From Octopus vulgaris (taxonomy: Eukaryota): a stretch of DNA of 64,000 nucleotides. The notes under the pieces are model-generated. The model was not told where the DNA came from and did no database searches. It saw only the letters and a program-made list of their open reading frames with translations. Made by a program: the position numbers and the translations under genes. Below, piece by piece: positions 38,213 to 52,538 of this stretch (the stretch's first letter is position 1; every line of letters begins with the position of its first letter). The DNA is taken from positions 72,230,001 through 72,294,000 of the forward strand of contig OX597815.1 in assembly GCA_951406725.2 (NCBI GenBank). The letters are read 5' to 3'.

Positions 38213-38534
38213 CGATATTTCTGGTTCAGTAACACAGCGCTGAATGTCTGAAATGTAATTGAAAATAAATCAGTTTGAAAACATTGAGATCCAGGTCACA
38301 AAAGCAAAGTTTGAAGGGAACAGTAATCGTTTCCTTTGATTTCTAGATAGAAGCAAATAAGAAATAACACTGACCAGAGAAAAAAATAATAATGTTGTTA
38401 CACAATGTTATTAATGAATGGCTGAGTCGTTGTTATTTAAAGCAAGGTTGCCTGCCTCGCGCTCAATCCATTCTCTTGCCTCAACACAGTCCTAGGACTG
38501 CCTATGTTGTATATCAACCCAAAATTTCGAAGCT

Positions 38535-38609
<75 letters not shown>

Positions 38610-38769
38610 GTTCTGTAACCGTGAGTAAAGTTACGGCTACGAGACTGTCAGCCATTCCAGGTACTGGTCGTCGGAGCCAGCTGGACTGAAATTCCTGAAA
38701 AGCAGGTCAAGGCCTCCATGTCCTGTAGCAATGACGTCACCTTCTTATCTTTCATTTTTTAAAAACTTT

Positions 38770-39230
38770 TTTTAGTCATTGGACTGTGCCCATGCTGGTG
38801 CACCGTCTTAAAAGGATTTTTAGACGAACAGATCGACCAGTATTTATTTCTTAATGTCTGATACTTATTCTAGCAGTCTTCTTTGACGAACCGTTAAGTT
38901 ACGGGGACGTAAACAATCCAATACAGGTTGTGAAGTGTTGAGAGGAACAAACACATATACACTCATACATATATATACACACACACACACACGCTCACAC
39001 ACACACACACACATATACATACATATATGTATATATATGTATATACTTATATCTATGTATATAAGTATATGTATGGATATAAATATATATATATATGCAA
39101 ACACACATGCTGGGTTTCCACACAGTTTCCGTCTACCAAGTTCCATCACAAGGCTTTGGTCGGCCTGGGGCTATAGTAGAAAACACTTGCCCAGGTGCAT
39201 TGCGGTGGGACTGACTCCGAGACGACATAT
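38770..39230 (-). mobile_element. CORE-type SINE, diverged
   Basis: Homology to 34973-35392. Confidence 0.75.
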
Positions 39231-39387
39231 TTGCAAAGAGATTGTAAACCATTATTTATTTATATTAGAACTTCAAGATATACCAAAGAAAAATTCTCCA
39301 TTCGTTCTCTCCCGCAAACAGGCAGTGAGAAGAGATGAAGGATAAAAACTCGAGTCAAAAAATCTGAATTCAAAGTAAAAAGATCTA

Positions 39388-39957
39388 CACAGACATGCAG
39401 GAAGTAAATTGACAACTTTAGTTTTCAAAATTTCTTATCTTAGCGTCTTAATATGTTTTCAACTGTGTAGAATTTACAATTCTTTTTCATTCCAGGTGCC
39501 ATTATATTAAACATTTGCGAAGAGTTACTATGCCACGCACAAAAAATTCAGCACAATTGTCAGATTTTCAAAGAGGTCGTATTGTTGGGCAATCTGAGGA
39601 TGGCTTTAGCCAGCTAAAAATTGCCGAAAATCTTCAAATTCCTCTTACTACTGTTAATAGAATTATAATGCAATTCAAAGGCCAAGGAAAAGAATCAACA
39701 GATTCTCGTCCCGACCGACTTGGGCCCTCGGAAAGGAAGCTGCGCTATTTGAAGAGAATTGTGGAAAACGAACCCCGTTTGAAGGCTTCTGACATTGCAA
39801 AACAGCTAGAAGTTAGTCCAAGAACGTGTGTTGCATATTTGCATAAGCTTGGGTATTATGGACGAGAAGCTAGAAGAAAACCTCTCCTGCAACCAATTAA
39901 TATCAAATAAAAGATTTTGAAAATTAAAGGTGTCTATTTACTTCCTGTATGTGTGTG
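39388..39957 (+). mobile_element. Internally deleted Tc1-family element with both TIRs and TA target duplication
   Basis: 44-bp TIRs with 5 mismatches (CACAGACATGCAGGAAGTAAATTGACAACTTTAGTTTTCAAAAT); TA at 39386-87 and 39958-59. Confidence 0.9.
39530..39910 (+). CDS. Open 126-aa Tc1 transposase DNA-binding region (bipartite HTH, no DDE domain)
   Basis: [20 protein letters not shown]...[16 protein letters not shown]...[17 protein letters not shown]; no evidence of expression. Confidence 0.55.
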   Translation: MPRTKNSAQLSDFQRGRIVGQSEDGFSQLKIAENLQIPLTTVNRIIMQFKGQGKESTDSRPDRLGPSERKLRYLKRIVENEPRLKASDIAKQLEVSPRTCVAYLHKLGYYGREARRKPLLQPINIK

Positions 39958-39967
39958 TAGTTTCAGA

Positions 39968-40048
<81 letters not shown>

Positions 40049-40819
40049 GCTCTCTCCTCTCTCTTTCTCTCTCTCTCACTCACACACACAGTTTGATTAA
40101 CCACGAAACAAAATAAGTGCGTGCTCAGGGCTTCAAGGGAAGATGGGCACCACAGAAATGGCAAATTGTTTATGGTACAAAAGAAATCACTTTAAACCTG
40201 CAAAAGTTTTATTCGGCTTGCCTTTTCTCTACTAAGTATAGAATCAGATGTGTTATGTAAGATTAATTTTGAGGGTCTGATGAAAGACTCAGCAATGAAA
40301 AAACTTTTCAAATATAGCGGTGGGTGGGGCAGAATAAGTGATATTTACTGCACTTTTCATTTTGAGAAAAAAAATTGTTTTTAACAAATGTTCTCTACTT
40401 TACAAAAACTGTATCAGCGAAGATAATGCACCTCTCTAAATGCATTTTTAAAAAAAGAGGCCAAATTTAGGTGGGGCAAAATGAGTAAGGCAAAATAATT
40501 TAAATTTGATTTTTTTAGAATTATATTTGAAAACCAGAAAACTCATGCACATCAATATCCATCTTCGAATATCAGAAAGATTAGAAATGCAACAAAATTT
40601 TTTTAAAAACTTGAGCTAATAGAAGAGGATCATGAAAAAGTAACACATGATTTGAAATTAACGAAATTCAATTAAATTTAAAACTGAACATAGAATATTT
40701 TCTATATTTTCTTCATGAGCTACTAAGGTGACTCTCTTCCTGGTATATTTACATACCACGCGGTTAAAGAGAAGAAATTATTGAAAATTAATCATTGCTT
40801 ATGTTGCTTCACTTTAAAG

Positions 40820-41260
40820 ATCAAGGATAGCAGAAAAGAAAAAAACCCACCTACAAACCAATTTGACTATTTTGAGGCTGGTGGGTCAAAAGAACATTGG
40901 TGGCACTTAAAAATTAAATCAGCCACCAAGTTAAAATACAACCAACCAGATGTAGTTGCATGAAATTAGAAGCAAAAGGTATGTTCTGCTTTGGAAATCA
41001 GCTGCCCTCTGGACACCAATGTGGTTAAAAAAACACGCTAGAGAAAGTGGACATCTATGGACCATTGATAAGAAGTCTGCAAATCCAGTACCCAGTTTCA
41101 TACCTATTATCACTGGAGCAGTTGGATAAATACCAATCCATCTGGAGCGAAGTATGTCTGAACTTGGAATCTTAGAGAGAGAATGCTACTCCTTAATTCA
41201 TAAGCTACAAATGATCACGATATCCGGGACTATAAAAATCTGCAAGACCTTAATATTTAA
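40820..41260 (+). pseudogene. Old RLE-type non-LTR 3' fragment
   Basis: KEHWWHLKIKSATKLKYNQPDVVA*...LEISCPLD...IPIITGAVG. Confidence 0.7.
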
Positions 41261-41498
41261 GGGATGGTGGTTAAAACACGATACTTTCCTTCACAAGTAA
41301 GTGGCCGGTCAAAATTTACTCTGAATTAAAAAGAGAAAGTAGACACACACTCACACGCGCGCGTACACACACACACGCCCGCACATACATACATACATAC
41401 ATACATACATACACACACACATATATACACACATACATACATACATACATGCATACATACATACATACATACATACATACATACATACATACATACAT

Positions 41499-41797
41499 TA
41501 AAAGGCTCTCCCGTCGTTAGACGACTTATGAGAGTTCGGCAATTTCTTGCCGAACAACCACACAGATGATTTGTTTATAGTGATCAAATGTTTGTGTTCG
41601 CATGAGCTCACTCCCTCCCTCAAATCGACATTGTCTGTACAGGTGCACCGTATACCACATGTCAGAAGAGGAAATGATCGCAGAACAACGTGAAATGAAG
41701 TGTTTTGCTCAAGAACACAACGCAACGCCCGAACTGGGAATCGAAACCACGATCTCGCAGTCGTGAATGCAACACCCTAACCACTAAGCTATGTGCC
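41499..41797 (-). mobile_element. tRNA SINE (family of 1098-1260) with (ATGT)n flanks
   Basis: Minus strand TAGCTTAGTGGTTAGGGTGTTG...TTTCGATTCCC...GTGTTCTTGAGCAAAACACTTCATTTCACG. Confidence 0.8.
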
Positions 41798-42569
41798 TTC
41801 ACATATACATACATACATGCATGCATACATACATACATACATACATACATACATACATACATACATACAATGCATACATACATACATACATACAATGCAT
41901 ACATACATACATACATACATGCATGCATACATACATACATGCATGCATACATACATACATACATACATACATACATACATGCATACATACATACATACAC
42001 ACACATATGTCATCCCCACACGTTTCAAGTGTGATAACGAGTTGAATTACTATTGCCTTGCAAAATATACGAAACCCGATGTACCCAACATGAGTACCCG
42101 TCTGGTAAGGGCACACCAAGCTCATGCCTCACAACCATATGTGCACGACATGGTGATCTCATATCAAGATAAACAGTGCACATAACCTTGCAGGTGGGAC
42201 CCAGTTAGAATTTTTTTCAGGTCGAGTAGCCATCCAGCTCAAAAGGTCCTTGAATAAAGGTTGTTCAAGGATGTTGAACGAAACACCCATGTTTCCAGTG
42301 GCGAATTATTCAAACCCAAAGAATTCCTCTCAACACATGATGCTGCCCCACTACTTCTGCTCGTGATCAGAGATGCACATATCATCAGCCACTAAAGGAC
42401 ATGCTCAACTGGCTATGGTCAAACAACTGACAAGTAAATCTGTGGTATTGAGCAGAATATTTGTTGTATTCCATCTTTTATACCAAGACAAACCAATGTA
42501 CATGATAATACTTCCAATCAGTTAAGATCAGAAACCATGAGAGCCAGTGCCAGGAACTGCATCCAATTG

Positions 42570-43116
42570 CTATCGTGAAGATCGCACCGCTGCCTTCCTT
42601 TAACCGAGAAGGAAAGGCTGTTTTTATATGCCTGGTGGCCTTGGCGAAAGAGATTGCATGGTGGACGATATTGAAGTGGTTGAAGACAAACGCTTTTCAT
42701 GTTGACCAATCACTGAAACTCTTCAAGTTTCACTTGAAAGGAAAATAAAGGTAGAGAGGGAAGTGTTGTCTTCTAGCCAGTTTGCCGAAAGGGGGATGAA
42801 AGTGGCGAGAATGGTGCAGGGGAACGGGCCTGCCCTGAGCATACGCCTGTATTTGGAAAAGTCAGGGTATCAATAGCTTTTTATGGGGCTTTTCCATGAG
42901 CAGCCCTCGAACGTCTTCTCTCTATTGAGGATTACACATTGTTGATTTCTTTCTTTTTTCTTTTTCTTTTTTTAAAAAAAATTTGCTAGTTTTGTTTAAA
43001 CGCAAAACTCTCACAACAACACACACTCACGCACAAACACACAAACATTCTTTGCTTTGTCTTGTACTGTCCGTAATGTTTTTCTTAATGTAAACCCTTG
43101 TGGTTAATAAAGAAAT
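42570..43116 (+). pseudogene. Degenerate LINE 3' end (L1/Tx1-like) with AATAAA
   Basis: VFICLVALAKEIAWWT...FKFHLK.KIKVEREVL-like C-terminus; family assignment is tentative. Confidence 0.4.
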
Positions 43117-43118
43117 CG

Positions 43119-43195
<77 letters not shown>

Positions 43196-43325
43196 TTTTA
43201 ATTATTTTCTCTTTATCACAGGTTTTGTTGGAGCTCGTGGAATCTTGCATGTGTAGCGGGGTTACTACCTGCATCCTACGGTACCATGCTATTGGGGGGT
43301 TTTTTTCTCAGTTAGCTTATACTTT

Positions 43326-43407
<82 letters not shown>

Positions 43408-43499
43408 CATCATGATCATCATCATGATCATCATCATCATGATCATCATCATGATCATGATCATCATCATCATCACCATCAACATCATCATTATTATTA

Positions 43500-45585
43500 T
43501 TTAACATTTGATAGTTTCGGGCAATTTTCTACAGCCTGACCAGCTATACCTCCGTGTTGTTGGGGTATGTGCAGCATTGTGTGTTTTTTCTGTCGTTGAG
43601 AGTGTGCAAACTCTTCCCGGTATTGTATTGTGTCAGTTTTTTTTCTCTTGAGGTATGGTGCAGTCTTTTGTTGTATTACTGCTTGCATTTGTGTGTTGAG
43701 TATGTAATGCGTTGGTTATCTAGCTTACTGGTGGAAGCTTATTTCACTGGATAATTGCTGTATAGAGTGTGTCTTGTGTTTGTGGGTTGCTTTGATTAGA
43801 TTGTATTATTGAATTGATAATGCCTTGTGTAGGGTGTGGGTTGTTGCTAACAGAGCTATTTTTTTGATAGCGTGTAGTGTTGAAGATTCAGGTATAGCTT
43901 CTACGTTTTTGTTCATGTTTTTTTTTATCATGCCAGATGCCCCAATTATTATTGGTATTGTTTTCATCTTCATGCCCCACATCTTGAATACTTCAATTTC
44001 GAGGTCTCTGTATTATGACAATTTCTCCACTTGTTTTCAGACAATATTTTGATAAGGGACTGCAATGTCTAGCAGTAAGCAGGTATTTTCCCCAATCCTT
44101 GATTATTATGTCTGGGGGATTAGCTTTTCTTCCTTTACCGGTTTAAACCGGCATATCCCAAATGATTGTGGCCTGGACGTTGTCATGTACTTTGTTTTGC
44201 AAATGTTTATACTGCCTTTTGTCAGTTTTAATGTTGTAGTGTTGGCATATTGTCCAGTGGATATAACTACTTACTTGGTCATGCCTGTATATATATTCAG
44301 ATTTGGCAAGGACTGGGCAGCCGGAGATGATGTGGTCAACTGTCTCATTGTACTGGTTGGTATTTGATGTTAGGGCCTGTTTGCATTATTTTGCTTTTAT
44401 AATTGTTTGTGGTCAAGCATTGGCCTTGTACAGCGAGAATAAGCCCTTCCGTTTCAGCTTTTAGTCAAGAGCTTTTGCGCCATCGTTGGCTTTTGCTTAG
44501 GCCCACTTCCTCTCTGTCAAGCCTTGTAGGATATCGGCCATGGAATGATTTTTCTCATTTCTTCTTTAGTATGTTATGTAGTTATGTTATCAAGTTTATT
44601 TCTCTTTTTCACCATTTCTGCTGTGTTGTTATCTGAGACCAGTGTAGTTTGTTTCTGTTTTGTATTTTATTTCCTCCTTGTGTATAGAGAAAAGCGTTTT
44701 CTCTCCTTTGTGTTGCTTTATTACATGTTGTAGTTTTCCATTTTTGCTTCTAAGTACTTTCCTAGGTCAACTGTTGTTATTTCATAATAGTTCTCTATCT
44801 GTGTCGGGTCGCGACCCCCTTCTGAGAGGCGCAGATATATTCTGTCTGAGTCTGCTTTGGGGAGGTTACTTCGGTATGTTGTTTATAGTTTTCTAAGTTT
44901 CTTAAAACCCTGATCTTCTAATTTATTATGTTGAAGCTGTAACTTATGACTGGTATGGCTAGCGTTTTTATCCATAGTATCATATTTTTAGCAGTGAGTT
45001 CAGTGTTTAATATTAGTCTCTTTTGTGATATTCTCTCCTAATTTTCTCTTTCATTTTTGTGTGTTGTATTTTAGCTATTTCGTCTAGTCCTAGATATTTG
45101 TATGGGTGATTATTTGAATTCCGTGTCTATTTTGAGTGCAGTGTTTTCAGGGCTGATTAATTTGCCTCTTCCGTGTCAATTTGACATATTTGTCCAGCCC
45201 CATGCACATCCTGATGTCCTTGCTGAAGCTATGGAAAATTTTTAGAAGGTTTTTCTCTTCCGTGGTATTTTTAGTGAAAACTTTGAAGTCATTCATGTAT
45301 AGGAGATGGTTTATTGTATGTCCATAGCATCTGTAACCCACAGTGGTTTCATTTAAGAGGTTTATTAGTGGGTTCACAGCAAGGCAGAAAAGCAGGGGTG
45401 ATAGCGAGTTTCCTTGGAAAATTCCTATTTTTATGAGTTTAGGGCCAGTTTGACTTGTGATTCATTTTTTTCAGTGTTAGAGTGGTTTTCCAATTTGCCA
45501 TTGCGTGGTTGATACATTTTAGTAGTGTTGGGGTTACTTTGTGTGGAGAGATTCTAGTAGCCATTAGTGCGGATAATACGTTGAC
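43500..45585 (-). pseudogene. Old degenerate R4/Dong-clade element (RT to RLE) ending in (TAA)n/(TGA)n
   Basis: GIFQGNSLSPLLFC, HLLYMNDFKVF, YKYLG, KAETEGLILAVQ, HIISGCPVLAK; tail 43328-43500. Confidence 0.88.
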
Positions 45586-45801
45586 AGCAGCGAATAAGTA
45601 AAAGGCAGAAATAAACGCAGTATTTTTGACGGGTACAACACTAGTGATTGTTACAGGGATGATAAGCTAATAGAGAAGTAAAGCGGATGACGAAGAGAGC
45701 ACTGGGTATGGATGATGATAATGATGATAATGTTATTACTGCTGTTGTTGTTCTGGTTGTTGTTGTTGTTAATACTGCAAGTGCTGCTGCTCTTGTTGTT
45801 G

Positions 45802-45833
<32 letters not shown>

Positions 45834-45979
45834 GGTGGTGGCGATGGTGGCGGCGGCGGTCATATTTGTAGTTTGGCAGTAGCGGTGGATTTTGCATTTC
45901 TCACAGGGGTACAAAGACGAAAGAAGAGAAGGAAGAGAAAGAGAAGGAAAAATAAGTAGGAAAAAGGAGTAGGAGTAGG

Positions 45980-46352
45980 ATGAAGAAGATGATGAGGAGA
46001 AAAAGTAAAAACAAGAAACGAAATGAAGAAGATGAAGAAGAAGAAGAAGAAGAAGAAGAAGAAGAAGAAGAAGAAGAAGAAGAAGAAGAAGAAGGAGAAG
46101 AAGATGAAGATGAAGATGATGAAGAAGAAGAAGAAGAAGAAGAAGAAGAAGAAGAAGAAGAAGAAGAAGAAGAAGAAGAAGAAAAAGAAAGATTATGCTG
46201 ACAATTAAAAAATGTATGATGATGATGATGATAATGATAATGATGATAATGATGATGATAATGATAATGATGATAATGATGATGATAATGATAATGATGA
46301 TAATGATGATGATGATGATGATGATGATGATGGCGACGATGACGACGATGAT
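45980..46352. repeat. (GAA)n and (GAT/AAT)n microsatellites
   Basis: Directly visible. Confidence 0.96.
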
Positions 46353-47475
46353 TCGACAGTCGGTACTGTCATCTTATATGAAAGGTTGCCATTAGCAACA
46401 GGCTTTTATGAATTTATAAATAATAAAGTCTTTGTAGTTTCGATTTCAAAAACTGTCGAACACTGAATGACCTCCACTACACAACTGCTGCGGCAGTACT
46501 GAAGATGGTGATGATGGCGATGGTTGAAGCTGGTGATGGCACAGACGGGGATGGAGGTAGGGAGTGTTGGCAATGTGGTGGCGATGGGGATGTAGATAAT
46601 GATAACGGCCTTGGCGGTGATGGCGAGGATGGCGGTGATTGTACTCATTCTACTGATGGGAGGGCTGGTGGTGATGTAGGAGCGGTTGGAGATAATGTTA
46701 TTGATAGTACAGTCTTTGGTGATGGTGGTGGTGAAGATGGTGGCGTGGTATCGATGATGTACTGAACGCACTTAATATCATCATTGTAATGACGACGGTG
46801 GTGGTGGCGTTAGTGATGGTAATGGTGGTGGTAGATGCAAAGGTATTGATGGCGTTCTTGGTTTTGGTAATCTTTGCAATGTCGTGGTAGTAGTGATGTT
46901 GTCATCGGCGGTGATGGTCATGGTGATGGTAATGATCGCGACGGTGCTGTTGTCGGCGATGGTTGGCAATAATAGTAGTGGTGGAGGTGGTGGGGAATAA
47001 TGGGGGTGGTGGTTATGGGGATGATGGTGATGATGGTGATGGTGGTGGTGGTGGTGATGGTGGTTTTGGAGTAGTTATGTTGACAGGTGACGGTGATGAT
47101 AATGACTCCTTCGATCCAGGGTACATCCTTAACTCCTGAACGGAGGTCTTCGGACCGAGCTTCCATTTCAGGAAATTCCTGCTGGTTTATTGGAGCCCAC
47201 AAGATGGCGGGGTCACTGGCGATTGATAGCCAAAAGGAGACAATCCACTTTGTTGACATTGAGTAGGAGGGTCCTTTCCTCCTCCATATAATAGAGAGGC
47301 CAGTCGCTGGAGAGATTTAAGCCAACAGGTTTTGGGATCGGAAGATACGCCATAAAGCTAAACCCTCTATGGACGTGAAACCTAAGGTAATCCCATAAAC
47401 TGGCCTTACCTAACTTTAATATATACTGCTCTATAACTTAGAGTGTGCTTTTTTTTCGGATTATGTTTTTACAGA

Positions 47476-47520
<45 letters not shown>

Positions 47521-47532
47521 TTTGTGTGTGTT

Positions 47533-47568
<36 letters not shown>

Positions 47569-47619
47569 TTTGTGTGTGTGTGTGTGTAGCTACACGTGTG
47601 CCGTTGGTGATTTATTTTC

Positions 47620-47712
47620 CTTCTTTGGATTCATACCTTTATCTTTTCCGACGAAGAGCTATGCTCGAAACGTCAAACTCCTTTCAGCGAGCGTCAAGCT
47701 AATACATTTTTA
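47620..47712 (+). ncRNA. Penelope-type end with minimal hammerhead (47645-47677)
   Basis: TTT-CCGACGA-A-GAGC-TAT-GCTC-GAAAC-GTC-AAA; same family as 21255. Confidence 0.65.
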
Positions 47713-48081
47713 AAAATATAAATATCTCTATTTATAATACCCCTATAAATATGAATATCTCTTTCGATGGTTTATCAAATTGCGATAACACTGAATAAAT
47801 TGTAATAACACTAACACTGAATAAAAATATTTATACAGATTTTTACCTTTCCTGAAGTGTGTAAACATCTTTTAGGTGGACTCTGTATGTGTGTGTGCGT
47901 GTGTGTGTGTGTATGTGTGCCTGCGCGTGTGAGTGTGCGTGAGTGTGCGTGAGTGTGAGTGCAAGCTGTCATATGGACAATTCTTTTAAAGTGTAGCAAA
48001 AGTGATTTGAGAGAAATTAATAATTGCGATGATTATTTCTGGGTAGTGGTAGAAGTATTAATAATTAGGTGATGATGGAAG

Positions 48082-48191
48082 ATAGTAGTAGTAGTAGTAG
48101 TAGTAGTAGTAGCAGCAGCAGCAGCAGTGGTGGTGGTGTCAGCAGTGGCAGCAGTAGTATTAACTGCAGCAGCAGCAGTAGCAGCAGTAGT

Positions 48192-48255
<64 letters not shown>

Positions 48256-48261
48256 TTAACT

Positions 48262-48341
<80 letters not shown>

Positions 48342-48352
48342 CATGGCAGCAG
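48082..48352. repeat. (AGT)n/(AGC)n microsatellite
   Basis: Directly visible. Confidence 0.96.
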
Positions 48353-49119
48353 TAATAACAATGGCGATAGAAAAAAAATCTAGAAAAACAAAAAGCAAAA
48401 CAAATCTGTTTGGGAGTTTGGAAGGCAAATTATTCGGCGGCCCCCAAGGGGAAATTTTCTATGAATACATTGAAATGGGATGAATGGGTGGTTGTTTGTT
48501 TGACTGGTTGGTTGGTTGGTTGGTTGGTTGGTTGGTTGTTGGGCGGGTGGTTGGGTGGTTGGTTGGTTAGTTGGGTGTGTCACAGGTGAAGGATGAGAGG
48601 CCGACACAAGAGAATGAAGGTAGAGGAGAAGGGCGAGAGTTTTCCGATTATTTTCGAATTATTTTTGACGCCTGAATTTAGAAGGCGCTAATTATGGAGA
48701 ATGCCTGTTATTACGTCATTTGTACATCTTAGAGAATGGTAATTCCTTGATATTCCTCTCTGTTTTGTAGTTTTCTTTGAGCAATATCAGAAATATAGAA
48801 TCTTAAGATCTTAGATATTAAGAATCGGCCGCTGCAATTTGTTTGTAGTTTCATACACATATTTGTGTGTGTTATTGTTTGTTTGTTTGTGCATGCGTGG
48901 GTGGGGGAGTGTGCTCGCGCGCGTGTTTGTGTCGGTTAAATGCGTGTATATTATATATCATATTGCGTAATTATACACGTATATCTTCTATCTATTTATC
49001 TATCTATCTATATTGTTATATTAGACACACACACACACATATAAGAAGCAAATAAGCTAGTTGAGAAAATCTCTATAAGGGATGAAGGCAGTAACTATAC
49101 TGGGAAGTAAGGTTTATCG

Positions 49120-49380
49120 CCACTTAAGCATGGTTGTTCCGTGGGAACCGACGTTACTGCTATTTTTAACCCCAAGAGGACGCTACCCCCAGTTGGTTAT
49201 TCGATGCAATCTGCACCCGATATATATTGCAAGCAAGAGAGTGAACCTCTACAATCTTCAAGCCACAAGACCGCCAAGTCGTGCGATTTCAACCTCTTTG
49301 TGGTCAACCTCGGTGGTGGATATTCGTCCGTTAGAAATAGCAGTAGTTCACTCCAGCTCACAATATATAAGAAAATAAGT
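49120..49380 (+). repeat. Unclassified dispersed repeat; second copy at 57715-57975 (minus)
   Basis: Shared GGAACCGACGTTA.TGCTATTTTTAACCC...TATTCGATGCA.TCTGCACCCGATAT. Confidence 0.85.
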
Positions 49381-49457
49381 GACATGCAGTCACTGATCTT
49401 TGCCACAAGCAAATTAGCTATATATACATACATACATACATACATACATACATACAT

Positions 49458-49576
<119 letters not shown>

Positions 49577-49578
49577 TA

Positions 49579-50817
49579 TCAGGTCATCCCATAAGTTTTA
49601 CCTTTTTTAAAATTGAATGAAATTTAATAGTATTTTAGGATGTGTAATGGAATTAAAAATTATTTTTATGCATTTGTATACAGTTAAACTAATTAATTAT
49701 TATTTTACAGAATAATAGAATTAAAAATTTTTCTAACATGGAAGTATCCAAAGAGAATTTAAGGCACATAATGCTTTATGAGTACAAAAAGGAAACTCTG
49801 CAGCCGAAGCGACTCGAAACATATACTCAGTTTATGGGAAAGAATGCTTGAATGAAAGAACTTGCAGAAGACGGTTTGCAAAATTCAGAAGTGGAGATTT
49901 CAGCCTAGAAGATGAAGATCGAACAGGACGTCCAGTTGAGTTTGATGATAAGCTCCTTGACTCATTACTTGAAGAAAATCCTGCATTATTGTTGAAGAAT
50001 TGGCAATAAAGCTTAGTTCAAACCATACAACTGTTCATCGTCATCTTCAACAACTTGGAAAATGGGTGACTCATGAATCGTCCGAAAGCAACCGTAAATC
50101 TCGAGTTGACATCTGCTCTTCTTTCCATTCTCGCGAACTCATTTCACCCTTTTTGGATAGACTTGTGACTGGTGACGAAAAATAGATCTTCTATCGAAAT
50201 GTTAAACGTCGTAAACAGTGCTTGGTAAAACGGAAAAAGCTCAAACACAACCGAGAAGGGAACTTCATGGAAAAAGGTTCTTTTCTCTATCTGGTGGGAT
50301 TGCAAAGGAGTAATTCACTTTGAATTGTTACCACCTAATGCGACGATCAATGCTCAAGTCTACTGCTGGCAATTAGAGCATTTGAACAAAGTTTTGAAGA
50401 AAATAAGACCCGCTCTAGTGAATTGAAAAGGAGTGATGTTTCATCAGGAAAATGCGCGACCCCACACTGCAAAGATCACATCACAGAAGACCGAAGAGCT
50501 TGGTTGGGAAAAAATTCCTCATCCACCTTATTCTCCTTAATTGCTCCTTCAGACTACCATTTGCTTCGTAGTTTACAGAATCATTTGGGGGACATAACTT
50601 TCGCAAACCAGGAGGAGGTCGAAACTGACATTTCAGAGTCCTTCGCTTTGAAACCAAAAGAGATTTACATTAATGGGATTAAAAGCTTGTAAATAGATGG
50701 AAGGAAGTCAAAGATAATCAGGGAAAGTACATTGATGATTAAATTTCAATTAAATATAACATTTGATCACTTGATTTCTTTATTCAAAATTCGGACAGAA
50801 CTTATGGGATGATCTGA
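49579..50817 (+). mobile_element. Nearly full-length defective mariner transposon (1239 bp)
   Basis: TIRs TCAGGTCATCCCATAAGTT / AACTTATGGGATGATCTGA with TA flanks; frameshifted transposase from ATG 49738 (MEVSKENLRHIMLYEY...RLVTGDEK...HQENARPH...IAPSDYHL) to 50742. Confidence 0.95.
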
Positions 50818-51399
50818 TATATATATACAGGCGCAGGCATGGCTATGTGGTAAGAAGTTTGCTTCCCAACCACTTAATTCGGAGCAAGGGTTGTGCCAGC
50901 TCCCCACCGAGCACATTTTCAAAATTGGTACCTTTTATAAAGTGTGTAATCAATGAGATTAAAAGTTGGAGTGTGTCATGGCGCCTTTTTTCATGTGCTC
51001 GCTCTCCCTAACTTTTGATCTTGGCTACGGCCTTGGAGTGGGGAGCTCAAGGATAGCCAGGAATTTTACGTGGCTGATGTGGAACATACTAGGTTGGTCT
51101 TGGAAGCAGAAAATGTAGCAAACTATTTGTTTTCTCATTGCACGATCCCAATTAAATCTCGATCTCAATTAAAGATCTGCTACTAGGTCCAAGTGTGTGA
51201 TTTTGTTTGAGCTGACACTAAAACATGTGGTGTAGTCAGCAAAGATTTCAATAAAGAATCTTATGATACTGTCAGGAGAGATTCAGGAGAGAATATGTCT
51301 CTGAAACACACCTATATTCATTTTATAATATCGTTGACTGCAAATTCTATATTACTTCAAGTTATGAATAATTTAATGGTAGAAATTACTTTACCAGAT

Positions 51400-51860
51400 A
51401 TATTCTACTGATCAGTTTCTCTGAAAGTCTGATATTCGCTCAGGAGCTTCAGAAATGGACGTTTTTAGGCTATTCATAAATCTTGTGGTTGAGTGACAAT
51501 TGAAGTTGTTCAACTCTGAGGAACGAGTGTACGACTGACGTCGTACAGGTGAAGAATTTTATCCACAGTGTATGATTGTGGAAATACCATGTTTTGGAAA
51601 CTGCGTGTCTTGAAGAGAGGAGGGTTTCGTACATTAGCTCAAGGGCATTATGATCAATGTAACCCATCAAGAAATCTTGTTGAAGACTATGCTTCCATAT
51701 ACGCTGCGTGACGATTTTCCGTTCTAACAACGGCCCGAAGCATATTACGGAAATAATAAAGGCATTAAAAACAAAACAAAAGACCTCGCCAAAATCCGAG
51801 TGCTGTCATGACCAGAATAATCCCCGGATTACAAAAATGGTAAAACACTCGAGATAATAT
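51400..51860 (+). pseudogene. Ancient Tc1 transposase catalytic-domain remnant
   Basis: LIFAQELQKWT...ILWLSD, KLFNSEERVY.RRTGEEFYPQC, LKGIM...ILLKTMLPY, RSNNGPKH, VLS*PE*SPD. Confidence 0.7.
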
Positions 51861-52433
51861 AATAATCAAACTTATAGATTAAATGCCTGACAGATGAGCT
51901 TGTTTCGAGAAATTTCGTGTTCCCAGCCTAGTCTTATTGTGCCATATGGTTTTAAAACATTTTCCTTGATCTCTAATGAACACATTCTAATTCGTTGATG
52001 AAAATTGCCTGATTTAAAAGTTCTTAAATTTAGTGACGTTCATTTTTACAGCGTAATTGATACTGTCAAAAACTGCATTAAACTAATTGAAATTTTTCTT
52101 GTTTAAACTTAACGTCATATAAAAATGGTAAACTAAGCTCTCTTTCTATTCACAGTGTGAACTGTAAGAACCATATTTGTTAGCATATTTCTGTTGAAAT
52201 ACTCAGCTTTGTTTCAATTAATTTTTAAAAATAATGAAGAATTTTCTAAAATAATTCATTATTAAATGTTTGGAGCATAAACTAACTTGAAAGGTTTTAA
52301 TTCAGATCACTTTAAAACAGGAAGTTTGAATCATAGAACTAGTGGTGGCCTACAGCCGGTTAAAGATACGGAAATAATTAACATTTAATCAATAGTGTAC
52401 TTCTATGTTTAAACCAAGAAACGCTACTGGGCG

Positions 52434-52472
<39 letters not shown>

Positions 52473-52538
52473 ATATACATAGATACATATACATATATAC
52501 AAACACACACACACACACATGCAAACACACTAATATTT

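Noticed and set aside
51885-51930. Hammerhead-like CAGATGA-GCTTG...GAGAAA
   Set aside because: Stems I and III cannot be closed in register
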